This document shows positions 34,959-46,377 of a stretch of DNA of 64,000 nt, piece by piece. The notes under the pieces were generated by a model, which made no database searches, was not told the DNA's origin, and saw only the letters and a list, made by a program, of their open reading frames with translations. Origin of the DNA: a virus; the IMG/VR virus record IMGVR_UViG_2537562001_000004, one strand, 5' to 3'. Numbering within the stretch: the first letter of the stretch is position 1; every line of letters starts with the position of its first letter. Made by a program: the position numbers and the translations under genes.

Positions 34959-35832
34959 TCAGAGAAAAAATACACCTTCTCCTCGAGGGACTTTTATCCC
35001 CTCTAGCCTCCGCGCCACTGTGTAAGTAGATTGAGTGTGTTGTCTTTTGATCTCTTTTTGAGTTGGTTCTGTATCTTCATGTAACCAATCAGGGACAATT
35101 TCTATTCGTTTTCCATTGTTTCCCCTCGAGTATTCTTTTCTTTGTTTTTCCCTTTGGAATCGGGCATCTATTGCTGCAACATCATCTAGCATTTTTACTG
35201 TCTCTCTTTCCCAATTTTTCAAAATAACATGTACGTATCCCCATTTCAGCGCATTTTCATCCACCGCTTTATTAACTGCATGCTCAATTAACTGACTGCC
35301 AAACAGCATACAAAATCTTTGTAACTTTTCTTCAGCCTTTTTACTTAGAGCGATTTTTTCCCTTTAAAATAGTCACGGGCTATTTTATATTCTTGTTCAA
35401 TTGATTTTTGAGATAATGGATTATCGTCATCATGATAATGATTAGTATTTAGTAGTATGGGACTTTCCTGTCACTAGATTTTCCACTGGTGGAGAATGCA
35501 CCCAGTGGCTCCACTTGCGGAACTTCATGAATTACTGTTTCCCCACTAATAATTTTGTTGTTATCATTTCTGATTGGAATGCGTCGTAAATATCTATATT
35601 CTTTTAACTCCTTCATGCCACTTCTCAAACTATCAACACCATCTTTCGCATGGGTAGCTAGCTCATCTCGATAAAACATCCAATCATCTGGAGGAGTAAG
35701 GATATATGCTAAAATCCCTTTTGCCTTCCATGAAAGTCTTTCATCTCTTAAACCGGTATTATTTACGACAGAATAATTTTTGTTCTTTTCCACTCTTACA
35801 ATTCCCATATTCCCTACCTCTCCTGTTTGCAC
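34959..35832 (-). pseudogene. Phage replication initiator (winged-helix N-terminus plus DnaD-like C-terminus), frameshifted. The palindrome gaacccgctgcagcgggttc lies upstream at 35877-35896.
   Basis: ORF 35449..35832 (LSWKAKGILAYILTPPDDW) and ORF 34959..35309 (NALKWGYVHVILKNWERE) are in different frames and are separated by about 140 bp. Confidence 0.55.
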
Positions 35833-36307
35833 AAAATCATTTAATCTCTATAATACATATTATTATTTTTACTTTAGGACCCGTTGCAGCGGGTTCTTTT
35901 CTTATGCATTCCTTCGAATCGCTTCAACAACTTCTTTTTTTCCTCCTACAGCTTCCAGGCGATCCGCTACATCTAAAACATCTTTAATTTCCTTAGAGGA
36001 ATTACTTTATATTTTCCTAAAGTACATGGCCGATAACTCTTTCGATATTTCTAAATCCCTTTGGATTTGTTTTTGATATAAAGCGTGCAATTCAATATAA
36101 GCGTTCTTAATTCCATAGCCTTCGCTCGATAAAAGTACCGACTTTATACAATCCGTACATAAATACCGCAAACCCTAAACAAAAGATACAAACGTTTTTC
36201 ACACTTTCAACTTCTGTAATATCCATTAGGTTATAATAAATACCTTTTTAGATTTAATTTCTTCCGCTAATTCAGCAGTTAAATACTTTTAATATTTTTT
36301 ATTACTT

Positions 36308-37110
36308 CTAATTCCAAGCACTACCATCAGCTTCATGAAGAGAGCATTTTGGAACATCTTTCATACAGAAAATAAAGTTACTTTCTGGTTGTGTTATCTT
36401 AATAAACGCTCTATATGGTTGTAACGCTACAGGATTCGGAACCGCTACTTCATCCACCGTAGCAATATCAGTTTTTGCTACAACACTTTGAAAAAACCCA
36501 TTATCACCGTATGTCTTCACATTTTCCTCTGTTATATTTACGACTACTTTAAGCATTACATCTCAATCATCATTTTTTACAAAAGCGGATTAAAGATTAA
36601 TAATGCAATTTTCAACATCAAAACTAGAATTGCCCTTGCTGTTGGCTCTTCCACTACATGTAATGGTTGCGTTGATAATGTTTGTCCATCAATTACCTTT
36701 GTTTCTGCGTTACCTAATCTCACTAGATACTCAAGAACTGCGTTAATCATTTTTCATTTCCCCTTTACGATTTATTAGTTGATTTGTTGTTTGCGAAAAT
36801 CTACTACAGATTTTTCAGCTGGAACTGTATTTTCTCTTGATTCCCTTTCTTCAGAAACTTTTTCACCTACATTAATTGCTACATCTCCATCTCTATCAAT
36901 TTACATTTGACCTGGTACACCAGAAGATAATTCATGAACAATAACTTCTCCATCTTCAGTACGTCCAACAATAAATGTTGATTCAACTTCTTTTGCAGGA
37001 ATTAATTTAGATGTCACTGTTGCAGTACTTTCCCATAGTTCACGTTTCTTGTTACCTTTAAAAAAAGAGTAATCGTGATAGACCTTGCTTTTGTTGGATC
37101 TGTGTTTGGG
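36308..37110 (-). pseudogene. Decayed phage tail-region genes (one 82-aa ORF plus fragments)
   Basis: ORF 36308..36556 is intact but unassigned. The reverse translation of 36780-37110 carries internal stops. Confidence 0.3.
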
Positions 37111-37114
37111 TCCT

Positions 37115-37315
37115 TCATATTTTTAGAACTCTTTCAAACTCTGCATCTACTTTTTCAGCAAGAGCTCCATCAGTAAATCCATCCCCGTAACCTTTAGCTA
37201 TTAAGAAATCATCGAATTCATTTAGGAATATTTCAATCTTCTCTGTTATGTTTTTATCACTGTTAAAAGTCAGTTTAAGATTAAGTTGTCCCTCATTTGA
37301 ATTTAGTGAAGCCAC
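37115..37315 (-). CDS. Hypothetical 66-aa protein, paralog of 60541..60753. It is the divergent partner of the head-module gene at 37437..37757.
   Basis: SLNSNEG.LNLKLTFNSDKNITEK.E.FLNEFDDFLI..GYG.G is shared with ORF 60541..60753. Confidence 0.5.
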   Translation of the reverse strand: MASLNSNEGQLNLKLTFNSDKNITEKIEIFLNEFDDFLIAKGYGDGFTDGALAEKVDAEFERVLKI

Positions 37316-37436
37316 GCTGATTGAACAGTGTTTTATCTTGATTTTCGTTTCATTATTTTACACATTTTTCCTCATTGACGGAAATTATGTTACCTTTTCT
37401 ATCTTCTTATTTGTCGTATGATGGCGACGATAGGAG

Positions 37437-37757
37437 GTGAATATAATGAATAAACTAGAAAAAGTTATTGCAGTTCTTAAAGAACTTAGAATTTCTGCTG
37501 CATCCATTGATTCTGAAATCGCTTTAAGGAACACTATGAAAAGGTACAATATGCTATTTATTGGTAGTGAATTCAAAATCATACTTTCTTCAGACTTACA
37601 TCACTGTTTAATAGATAAATTCGAATGCAGAATCTCAGAAGAAGACTTTTTAAGTGTTATTCCGATTGCTTGTGAATCACTAGAAATGAAAACTGAAGCC
37701 ATGTATCTCCTGGAAGACTGTAGCAAAATAGTAGGATACTCTATCCAACTATTTTAA
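37437..37757 (+). CDS. Hypothetical 106-aa protein behind the conserved head module
   Basis: A strong ribosome-binding site (aggagg) lies 7 nt before the ATG at about 37446. The track start at 37437 is an upstream GTG. Upstream sequence is shared with 60836 and 61523. Confidence 0.5.
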   Translation: MNIMNKLEKVIAVLKELRISAASIDSEIALRNTMKRYNMLFIGSEFKIILSSDLHHCLIDKFECRISEEDFLSVIPIACESLEMKTEAMYLLEDCSKIVGYSIQLF

Positions 37758-38282
37758 AAGATTCATCATATAGAAGATTTTCACTCAATAATAGACCACT
37801 TAAAATCCTAGCTTTATTCGGTGTAATTCTACCTTCTTTTAGTAGGTCGCTAAGGTAACTTTCCTTTTCGTGCCTCACAATCCATATTGAATGGTTGTGG
37901 GGTTTTTGGTTCGTATATTTCATTTCTTTCATCTCCTAATTTGATAGTTTGATTGATTCTAAATTCACCCAACCGAAATAGAAACATTCTCAACGTTCAT
38001 AGTTGTCGGAACTTCCTTACAGCTTTTGATATTTCATCACATTCAATCGCATATAAAAGCGCGTTTTCTCGTAAGTCCTTTACCTCAGACTAAATCTCTT
38101 TCATTTCCTTTGCTTTAAATAACGAACGATTATATCTTATGCTAAGATATAAAACGAAAAACATATACAAATGCCCATAGAACAACACTTATTCGCATTC
38201 TAAATTTTTATACGATCGATAAAAACGATACAAAAAGAAGAGTATGTGGGCAACTTGTGGGCAAAAAAAGACACTTAGCAAA

Positions 38283-38498
38283 TTACGCTAGGTGTCTTTT
38301 TCTTACTTTATCAACTGATAGTATATTAGCTATTTTCAATGTTCTAACCTGTTGCTTTTGCATGCAATACACTAATACACGATCTTCATATATCTTTCTA
38401 ACAATCACTGTCCTTTGAGAGAAATCCCCTAAACCTTTTAAGTAAATTAAGTCGATTGGTATTTTTTGATCGAGCGAACATTTAAGTAGATGATTCAT
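38283..38498 (-). CDS. Hypothetical 71-aa protein, paralog of 30717..30941
   Basis: See 30717..30941. A terminator-like hairpin follows. Confidence 0.5.
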   Translation of the reverse strand: MNHLLKCSLDQKIPIDLIYLKGLGDFSQRTVIVRKIYEDRVLVYCMQKQQVRTLKIANILSVDKVRKRHLA

Positions 38499-39679
38499 GT
38501 GAGAACCTCAAAAAGAACACTCGTTTGTGCACACCACAGAACTAATGTTCTGTTTTTTTAACAATGAATTGCTAGTTTCACTTTTGTGAGGAATTTATGA
38601 AGGCATAAAAAGCCCCCGAATACTAAACATCGGGGGACTCTAAAGGTAAATAGGAGAAAAGACCGTAGAGGGGAACCTCTACAATTAAAATACTACATAA
38701 TAATATATCGTAAGCACATATTATCATAATTTTCTTATTCCGAAACATTAAAATTTTCATTGAAGAACGAAAAAATACTACTTTTCATTCACTCAACTTA
38801 TGTTACAGTTCCCTATGTTAGCAAATAATAATATTTTCAAAAAGAGGTTATTACATGAGTTATGATACTGTGCATCGCTACAACGTATGCAACAATTAGA
38901 ACAAGAACAAGCAGCAACTGGGAAACCTTTAGTATTAAAAAGGAGAACTCCTAAATTGAATATTATTATTGTAATAACTTTTTTATTAGCTGTTCCAATC
39001 CTTACACTTTCTATATTGATATGGGCCACTTATTTTTCAATCAAAGAATTTATGACTAAAACATATTTATTAAAAACGTAGCTACAGGTGAACAATTCCA
39101 TGTAGAAAAACAGGACTTCAAACAATATAAGAGGAACTTTAAGAAGAAAGAAAAACAAGTGAGAAAGATATCTGACTTGTAATAAAAGGAGAAAATTCGA
39201 TGGATGCAAAAAAACAAGAAAACAAATTGCAAGATAGACAACTGAAATATGTACTCAAAAAATATATTATTTCTGGTAAAGATTTTGATCCAAATAACAT
39301 TAGAACACAAGAAGAAATTACTGATATTCAAGAAGGGTTTGATAAATTTCATAAGCTTTCTGAGGAAGAATTAAATGAACTATTTCTTTCTATTAGAAAC
39401 GGCACTTACAAACTATAAGGTAAAAACCCTCAATTTACTTGAGGGCTTCTCATGGGAGTCTTGAAGAATTCATTTAACCATTATCATATTCCCATATAAT
39501 ACATCGTTAAAACAATAAAAAATTTCCCTTAATGACGAAAAATTACATAATCCAATTTATCAACCGCATGATAAATTATCCATGCGCTGTTGTTTTATAT
39601 GCATTATGTCATCGGATAAGAAAACAAATTACTTAAGTCACTCAAGAAAAAGCACTCGAAAGAATGCTTTTTCTCTGAA

Positions 39680-39753
39680 CGGACCTTTAGCTCAGCTGGT
39701 TAGAGCAAACGGCTCATAACCGTTCGGTCGTAGGTTCGAGTCCTACAAGGTCC
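39680..39753 (+). tRNA. tRNA with anticodon CAT (Met or lysidine-Ile2 type), intact
   Basis: ggacctttagctcagctggttagagcaaacggctcataaccgttcggtcgtaggttcgagtcctacaaggtcca. The acceptor GGACCTT pairs with AAGGTCC. The anticodon CAT is at 39714-39716. No CCA is encoded. A conserved upstream R4 region lies at 39452-39679. Confidence 0.9.
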
Positions 39754-41400
39754 ATAAATACCTTGTCATTCACATCAACTTGACAAGGTATATACTAAGA
39801 AGTAAAATAACTATCCGTGTAAAAACTTGGTTTATACACTCCATTGTGAAAGATCGGGTTAACACCAACAACTTTCATGACATTCTTAATTGTGTTTATC
39901 AAGGATGTACATCAGAGCGGTTTAACAAGTGGTAATAACGAAAGAGATAGGGCTCTAATATAGTTAACAATTTGCGTGAACTGCATTACTCAAAATGACA
40001 TCTAAACAAACAACAAAAAGACATCTTCAACTGGGGAAGATGTCTTTTTTATCAAAACTAAAAACCAACATTTTTTCCTTTGAAAAAGAAAAAATATATC
40101 ATTTGAATTTTCATTTCACACATATAATATACTTAGACGTTCCGAACTTCTAAGTCAAAAATCACCTTATCGCAATGGGATTTTTTTAAAAAAGCGTTTT
40201 ACAGCGGACCATAAAATAAAAAAGAAGCCTCCACCATCATATTCTAATGACAGTGGAGGCTTCTTTTTTGTGTGTAAATCTCAACAGTCTAGAATCATAC
40301 ACTTTAGGACATAACGGAAGAACAAAAACTGGGAGAATTCATTCTAAATACATCGACTTGTAACTATAATCTCATAAATCCAACACGAAAAGCGATTTAT
40401 TATTTCCTTTAATAAAAGAAATAATAAATCTCCGTAATTCCGAATGTAGTTATATACTAACATTATAAATTTATTTTGACCTACTTTTGTTTTTGTAATG
40501 TCATGACATACATTGTTTGATTAGGATTCGCGCCTTTTCAAACAACAAAAAATCCCCGAAACTCACACAGAGCATCGGGGATTTTTCTATGATTCTTGAG
40601 GAAATCATTTAATCACCATTATAATCTCATAAAATACATCGTTAAAACTATATGAAATTTCCTTTAATACAGAAAAACAAAGTATGGTTTGGCCATTATG
40701 CTGTGATAAGCTTTAAGTGCATACATAAAAAGTTGGAATAAGCAATTAAGATGTCTGATTGGGAAACGAACATCTTAAAGAACCTCAGCAACAGAAAAAG
40801 CCAGAACTCAAATTGAGTCCTGGCTTTTTTACATTTATACAATCACATAGAAAAGGCTCCCAACCGTACAATTGGGAACCTTCCGAGGGAGAAAAATAAT
40901 ATAGATAAAAATAAAGTATATGTCAATTCCAATAATGGATTCATAAATATCATCTCACAAAAGTATCATCTAAGATGATTGAAATTTGCCTTTATATGAG
41001 AAAATAAAGATTTCTAATTCTAAAGATTCTATGATGTATTTTGTATTGCAAAGACGGGAATTGACATCTAGTACCGTGACACGAAGAAAGAGCTTATTCT
41101 CATGTGGAGATTGGGCTCTTTTTTATTTCGTAAGGTTATATAACAAAAAGAGCCCTCAACAGTTTTGTTGAGGGCTCTCTAATTAGGGTATACAGAAAAA
41201 AGAAACACATGACATACATTCAATCGCATCATCTCACAAAAACAACATTCAAAATGATTGAAAATTTCCGTTAGCCCAGAAAAAAATAGTACCCCTATAC
41301 ACTAATGCATTATGATAATATTTATTTGACAATCGCAGTCACAGAAAATGTATGTTTACGGATATTTATAAAAAAAGAACCAGAACTCTTCCCCTTGAAG

Positions 41401-42472
41401 TGAACCCCGAAAACGGGGCACCTATCAAAACACCTAAACCATCTGTTCCCTATATTCTTTAGGGGATAGGTGGTTTAATTTTTCTTGAATTCGCACACGA
41501 TTGTAGTAATGAATGTATTCTAGCACAATCTTTCGCACAGTTGTGTTGGATACTTTTGTTTATCTTTTGTGAGTAGAAAGCTTCGCTTTTTAAATGACCA
41601 AAGAAGCTTTCCATGACGGCATTATCATGGCAATTTCCTCTCCGGGATATGCTTGAAATTCCTTCGCAGTATACATACTTCCTTGATCCGAGTGAAGGAT
41701 GACATCTTTTACTTTTCTCCCTCGCATTGCTTGTTTTAATGTTTTCATCGCTAATGTTAAAGTTTGTGATTCACTGATGACATAACAAATAATTTCACGA
41801 TTAAAGGCATCTATAATCGTTGATAAATACAATGTGCGCCCTCCAAATAATAGGTAAGTCACATCCGTAAACCGCTTTTCATTTTGGGTTGATGATTCGA
41901 ATTGACGTTCCAATCGATGAGGGTCTACGACTGGTTCAGCACCATTGATATATTTCTTTTTCTTACGATGCACTTTTGAGAGTATATGATATTGTTTCAT
42001 AATCCGTAATACTATTTTATGATTGACACATAGCCCCGTTTTTCGAAGAGTGGCGGTCACTCTTCGATATCCATACCGTAATTTATGCCTAAGGCAGACC
42101 TTCTTTGCTTTCTCTTCTATCTCGTCTTTAGGGCGCTCGGCTTTCTGTAACCAATGATAAAATGAGGAACGTGGTAATTCTAATACTTTACACAGTTCTT
42201 TTATGGTTACTTTTGTTTTTAAATGCTTATTTTCTAATCGTAGCCGTTCCAATTCACTTAGCTCTTTTGATCCTTTTCATAAGAATATTGTTTTCCTACA
42301 GGTTGTTGAAAACGGTACGTTTGACCGGTGCGATACCATTTCATCCATGTCTTAATTTGGGAAATATTTTTAATTCCAAGCTTCTCCATAATGGTCCGAT
42401 TGGAATACCCATCCTTTTTCATTTCAATCACTTTCCACTTTACTTCTTCTGGGTAATGAACTCTTGTTTTCA
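41401..42472 (-). mobile_element. IS3-family insertion sequence, copy 2 of the 8556..9711 element. OrfB is frameshifted by a deletion of about 27 bp.
   Basis: ORFs 42258..42533 (orfA) and 41590..42252 (orfB) are 85-90% identical to copy 1. The deletion removes AKEKGIITS and shifts the frame at ..AKEFQAYPGEEIAMIM. Confidence 0.7.
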
Positions 42473-42507
42473 AAACAAAAACACCTCCATTGAATTTGCA
42501 TACTAAT

Positions 42508-43796
42508 TGAAGTGACCCAATGAAATAAGACAAGGAAAAAACACCTATGCTACCTGTTTCTTATATTCTATAGGAGACAGGTAGTTTAACTTTTCTTGAA
42601 TACGTTCCGTATTATAATACTCAATGTAATCGTGAATGAGTTGTTTGAGAGTAGAAGTTGAATGTATTTGTTTTTCTTGGGAGTAAAACAATTCAGATTT
42701 CAATGAGGAATGAAAAGATTCTATTACGGCATTATCATGACAATTTCCTTTACGGGACATACTTGTGGTAATGCCATTCTCTTTAGATAACGTTTGGAAA
42801 GCGTAGGAGGTATACACGGCCCCTTGATCACTATGTAGTATAATTTGAGTCTTTTGTTTTAGTTTGATCGCCTTCTCAACTGTGTTTAAGACAAGTGTTA
42901 CGTCTTGTCTGTTACTTATTTCATACGCAATGATTTCATTGTTATATAAATCCATAATACTTGATAAATACAACATCTCTGTACCAAATGGCAAATATGT
43001 AATGTCTGTAACCCATTTTTCATTTGGCTTGTTAGCTTGAAAGTTTCTATTTAAGAGATTCTCTACAACAATTCTACTTTCTCCATTGATCCAGGTTCTT
43101 CTCTTTCTTTTAACCCTACATTGTAAACTTTTCTTTTGCATTATTTTTTGTACAGTTTTTCGATTTAGGTGATAATTATATTTTCGTTTCAATAAAGCAG
43201 TAACTTTTCGATGGCCATATCGAAAGTGATTTGTCATACAAATTGTCAAAATAGCCTGTTCTAATTTTGCTTCCTTTACATCTTTTGCTTTATTTTTCCA
43301 TCGATAATAAGTAGAACGAGGTATACCAATTAATATACATATCTCTTTAATGGAGTACTCATCTTTCATCAACTCCACTACTTCTACAACTACTTCTTTA
43401 ACCAACTCCTCTCGATTTCGTGGTACTTTTTTAAAATATCTAGTTGCATTTTTAATTTCCGATTCTCTATTTGAAGTTTCTCGATTTCAGTTATGCCTTC
43501 TTCACTAGCCTTTTGTAGCGCACTTTGTTTTCCTACAGGGCGATTAAAACGATACGTTTCACCTTCACGATGCCACTTCATCCAAGTTTTAATCTGTGCT
43601 TTATTTTTAATTCCTAATTGTTCCATAATTTCTTTGTTTGTGTATCCTTGTTTTTTCAGTTCGATTGTTTTCCATTTAATTTCTTCTGAATAAGATTTTC
43701 TCGTTCCCATAAAAGAAACACCTCCGTATATTCGTATTTAAATTAAATACGGTATAAGAGGTGTTTTTTCCTTGTCTTATTTCATTAGGTCACTTC
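42508..43796 (-). mobile_element. IS3-family insertion sequence (second type), apparently intact (orfA 43390..43710, orfB 42545..43405). It abuts IS copy 2.
   Basis: Terminal inverted repeats of about 38 bp (tgaagtgaccYaatgaaataagacaaggaaaaaacacc). OrfA has a helix-turn-helix and leucine zipper. OrfB has an rve DDE domain (HSDQGAVYTSYAF..GNCHDNAVIESF). The orfA/orfB overlap is typical of a -1 frameshift. A possible 3-bp target duplication is att. Confidence 0.75.
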
Positions 43797-43831
43797 ATTC
43801 ACTTCATTTTGACCGGGGGTGTTTTATACAA

Positions 43832-44140
43832 TCAAATCGAAGTATCTCTCGATAAAATCCAAAATAAAAAGACTTCTTCTTTAGAAACCTTTAGTAGATT
43901 GATTGTATAATTCAATTCATTTTCATCTTGTAACTTTTCTTTCACTTTATCTAATGACATCCTCTTACACTTCCTAGTGTTCACGCAGTTCCTAACTTGG
44001 CAGTAACGCCAATAAGAATACTTTCTAAACTGATTCAACATATCTCTTTCATAAGAAGTTCGTTCTTTCTTCTCAGCATATTGAATCATTAAGTCCGTAT
44101 CGAATGTCCAACTACTATCAGTAATAATCATATCTACCAC
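43832..44140 (-). CDS. Hypothetical phage protein downstream of HNH, possibly the 5' part of a packaging gene cut off by the IS at 43796
   Basis: A 102-aa ORF that ends about 35 bp before the IS boundary. Confidence 0.3.
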   Translation of the reverse strand: MVDMIITDSSWTFDTDLMIQYAEKKERTSYERDMLNQFRKYSYWRYCQVRNCVNTRKCKRMSLDKVKEKLQDENELNYTINLLKVSKEEVFLFWILSRDTSI

Positions 44141-44448
44141 CGCTCTTCATTCATGAACTTAGGTTTCTTCTTCTCAACCTTATCTAACCGATCATGCACT
44201 TCGTTATGACAACGGATGCACAGACATTGTAAGTTATCCAAGTCTAATACTAACTCTGGATGTGTCTTCACTTCCTTCATATGATGCACATTCTCAACAG
44301 GTCTGTACTTTCCTTTTGACTTACACATCTGACATTCATAGTTGTCACGCTTCATTGCTTCTTGTCTTAGTGCTTTCCATTCTTTTGATTTATAAAACTT
44401 CTGGAGTTTGTTCTCTTTAATGAGTTGAATCAGTTCATGGATTTCCAT
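44134..44448 (-). CDS. HNH endonuclease, phage packaging-associated
   Basis: CQMCKSKGKY..VHHMKEV...NLQCLCIRCHNEVH, the zinc-finger HNH motif. It sits in the usual position before terminase genes. Confidence 0.75.
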   Translation of the reverse strand: MEIHELIQLIKENKLQKFYKSKEWKALRQEAMKRDNYECQMCKSKGKYRPVENVHHMKEVKTHPELVLDLDNLQCLCIRCHNEVHDRLDKVEKKKPKFMNEERW

Positions 44449-44459
44449 ATTTCAAATAC

Positions 44460-45017
44460 CTATTTGTATAACCTATAAACAAAACAATCTACAAAAGCAC
44501 CTTTGCACTTTGGGCAAATCTTCCCATCGAAATGTTCGTCTTTCATTACTTCTACTTTATCTGCATATCCACAGCATCCACACTTATAACGTGCATTGCC
44601 GCTCTTTAATGAACCCTGTTGAATTGCATCTGCTGTTAGATATTCCTTCGTAACATAGCGTTTATTTGCCCGTTCTTCATTAACAAACCCTTGCCCAATA
44701 ACCTCCAAGATACCATTAAATGCTTTATTCAATTCTGTAGCTATGGTTCGCAAAACTTTAATTGCTTTTTTGATATCTTCTTTCTTTTCTTCTTGTTCAG
44801 GTGTCATATCTAAAATATGACCATATTCCTTTTTCAATTCTTCAAATTCTTTCTTTGATTGATTCGATCTTTCGTTTAACAATTGCAATTGTATCCCGTT
44901 TTGTCTTGCAATTTCAGAACTTGTTTCAATATTCATTCGAATCTGTTTCCTCAAAACTTCTTGCTCTTTAATCCAAGCGTTCATTTGACGTACATATATT
45001 TCATGTTTATTCATCAT
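44460..45017 (-). CDS. Phage protein with an N-terminal coiled coil and a C-terminal C4 zinc ribbon (hypothetical)
   Basis: A 185-aa ORF with YKCGCCGY...CPKCKG. Pseudogene copies exist at 4070-4650 and 20870-21060. Confidence 0.5.
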   Translation of the reverse strand: MMNKHEIYVRQMNAWIKEQEVLRKQIRMNIETSSEIARQNGIQLQLLNERSNQSKKEFEELKKEYGHILDMTPEQEEKKEDIKKAIKVLRTIATELNKAFNGILEVIGQGFVNEERANKRYVTKEYLTADAIQQGSLKSGNARYKCGCCGYADKVEVMKDEHFDGKICPKCKGAFVDCFVYRLYK

Positions 45018-45238
45018 TTATCGCTCCTTTGTTTTATAGCCTTCAATTGCTCCATTTCCTTCTCGACCATCCTTTTAACATCACGTTTTTCACGAATCAC
45101 TTTGATAATGTCAACCATCCAATTTGTACAACTTGATACCAGAATGACAAGGAATATAATGGACAATATTTCTCCCATCCCACCACTCTCCTTTTCACAC
45201 AAAAATAGAGCAACCAAACGGTTACTCTTGTATAGCAA
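45014..45238 (-). CDS. Small single-transmembrane protein, probably 54 aa starting at the ATG near 45178. Resembles a type I toxin or holin.
   Basis: The ribosome-binding site aaaggag lies 8 nt before ATG GGA GAA ATA. MGEILSIIFLVILVSSCTNWMVDIIKVIREKRDVKRMVEKEMEQLKAIK. Paralogs lie at 45981..46202 and 47001..47198. Confidence 0.55.
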   Translation of the reverse strand: MLYKSNRLVALFLCEKESGGMGEILSIIFLVILVSSCTNWMVDIIKVIREKRDVKRMVEKEMEQLKAIKQRSDK

Positions 45239-45299
45239 AAAGCGTGATTTATTCTGATCCTTGAGAATAAATCATGCTTTAAGAAAAACATATATTCAA

Positions 45300-45610
45300 T
45301 AGATGTTTGCGCCCTAGTCTGGTGTTTTCCACACCTTTCAACGTACAGCAGAATCAGTGCAGGAACTGAAGGGAACCGGTTAATTCCGCTGTACGCTCAA
45401 AGGAAGGGAAACCCTTCCCATGTCTTGGGTAAATTAATTTTGTGAAGTTGCGATCCACACCTATATTATTCCATAATCACCTTTTTGAAAACGCTTTTAT
45501 TTTTCATCTATTAACGAAAAAACACGTTTTCTTTTCAAAGAACTCTTATCCCCTCTAGCCTCCGCTTCACCGAGTAACGTTTATTATAATGGGCACGCTA
45601 TGTTCCTTCT
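45300..45610 (-). ncRNA. M2 partial (45480-45600), M3 hairpin module (45321-45419) and a terminator (45239-45285) leading the small transmembrane-protein gene at 45178
   Basis: ggtgttttccacacctttcaacgtacagcag-[loop]-gctgtacgctcaaaggaagggaaacccttcc. Confidence 0.55.
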
Positions 45611-45719
45611 CCAATAAGGATGTTTATAGAATTTAATAATATTATCTTGTTCATATAGTTTTATGATTTCTTGTATTGTTAGAGGTTGCATGAACTATCT
45701 TCACCCCTTTTTAACAACG

Positions 45720-45854
45720 CTTTGATTCATCATTGATCCATTGCATTTAGGACAGTTCCACCCATCACGTATCTTATGAGAAGTCTCTTCAAATCCACAA
45801 TTTTTATTTAGACACCAATGTTTTGTTAATGGCATTTTCAAAGTTCTTCCTCCT
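45720..45854 (-). CDS. Small zinc-ribbon protein (about 44 aa), related to the N-terminus of 55446..55748
   Basis: MPLTKHWCLNKNCGFEETSHKIRDGWNCPKCNGSMMNQ compared with THYCLNKECEWTETSHKMCDGMKCPKCKGHFMS. Not in the ORF track because it is under 60 aa. Confidence 0.45.
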
Positions 45855-45980
45855 CCAAAATAAAAAGAGCAGCAAAAAAGCTACTCGTTTTCAACTGGTT
45901 TTAATTTAAGTGCATTATCATTAATATCTTCTACAATACGCTCAACATCTACATCAAACATTTCATCCTCAACTCTAATC

Positions 45981-46202
45981 TTATCGCCTTTTCGAATGTT
46001 CGATAAAGTATCCTTCACCCTTTATCGCTTTCAATTGTTCCATTTCCTTCTCGACCATCCTGCTAACAGCACGCTTTTCACGAATCACCTTGATTACATC
46101 AATAATCCAACTTGTACAACTTGATGCCAAAATACTAACGGATATAATAGACAGTATTTCTCCCATCCCACCACGCTCCTTTTCGCATAAAAAATAGAGC
46201 AA
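45981..46202 (-). CDS. Small single-transmembrane protein paralog (true start probably near 46166)
   Basis: MGEILSIISVSILASSCTSWIIDVIKVIREKRAVSRMVEKEMEQLKAIK. A box motif lies at 46212-46290 and a terminator at 46291-46337 upstream. Confidence 0.55.
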   Translation of the reverse strand: MLYFLCEKERGGMGEILSIISVSILASSCTSWIIDVIKVIREKRAVSRMVEKEMEQLKAIKGEGYFIEHSKRR

Positions 46203-46377
46203 CCCAATAGTTGCTCTTAATTAACACCAACCGCCGTAACGATTAGAGGAACTTACTATACGTCTCGGTATATGAGATAGTTCGTATACAAAAAAGCTCT
46301 ATTGTTCTGACCCTTAAGAACAAACAGAGCTTTTTTGCAATTGTGCAATATATAAGAAATGACACCGATATTTCCCT

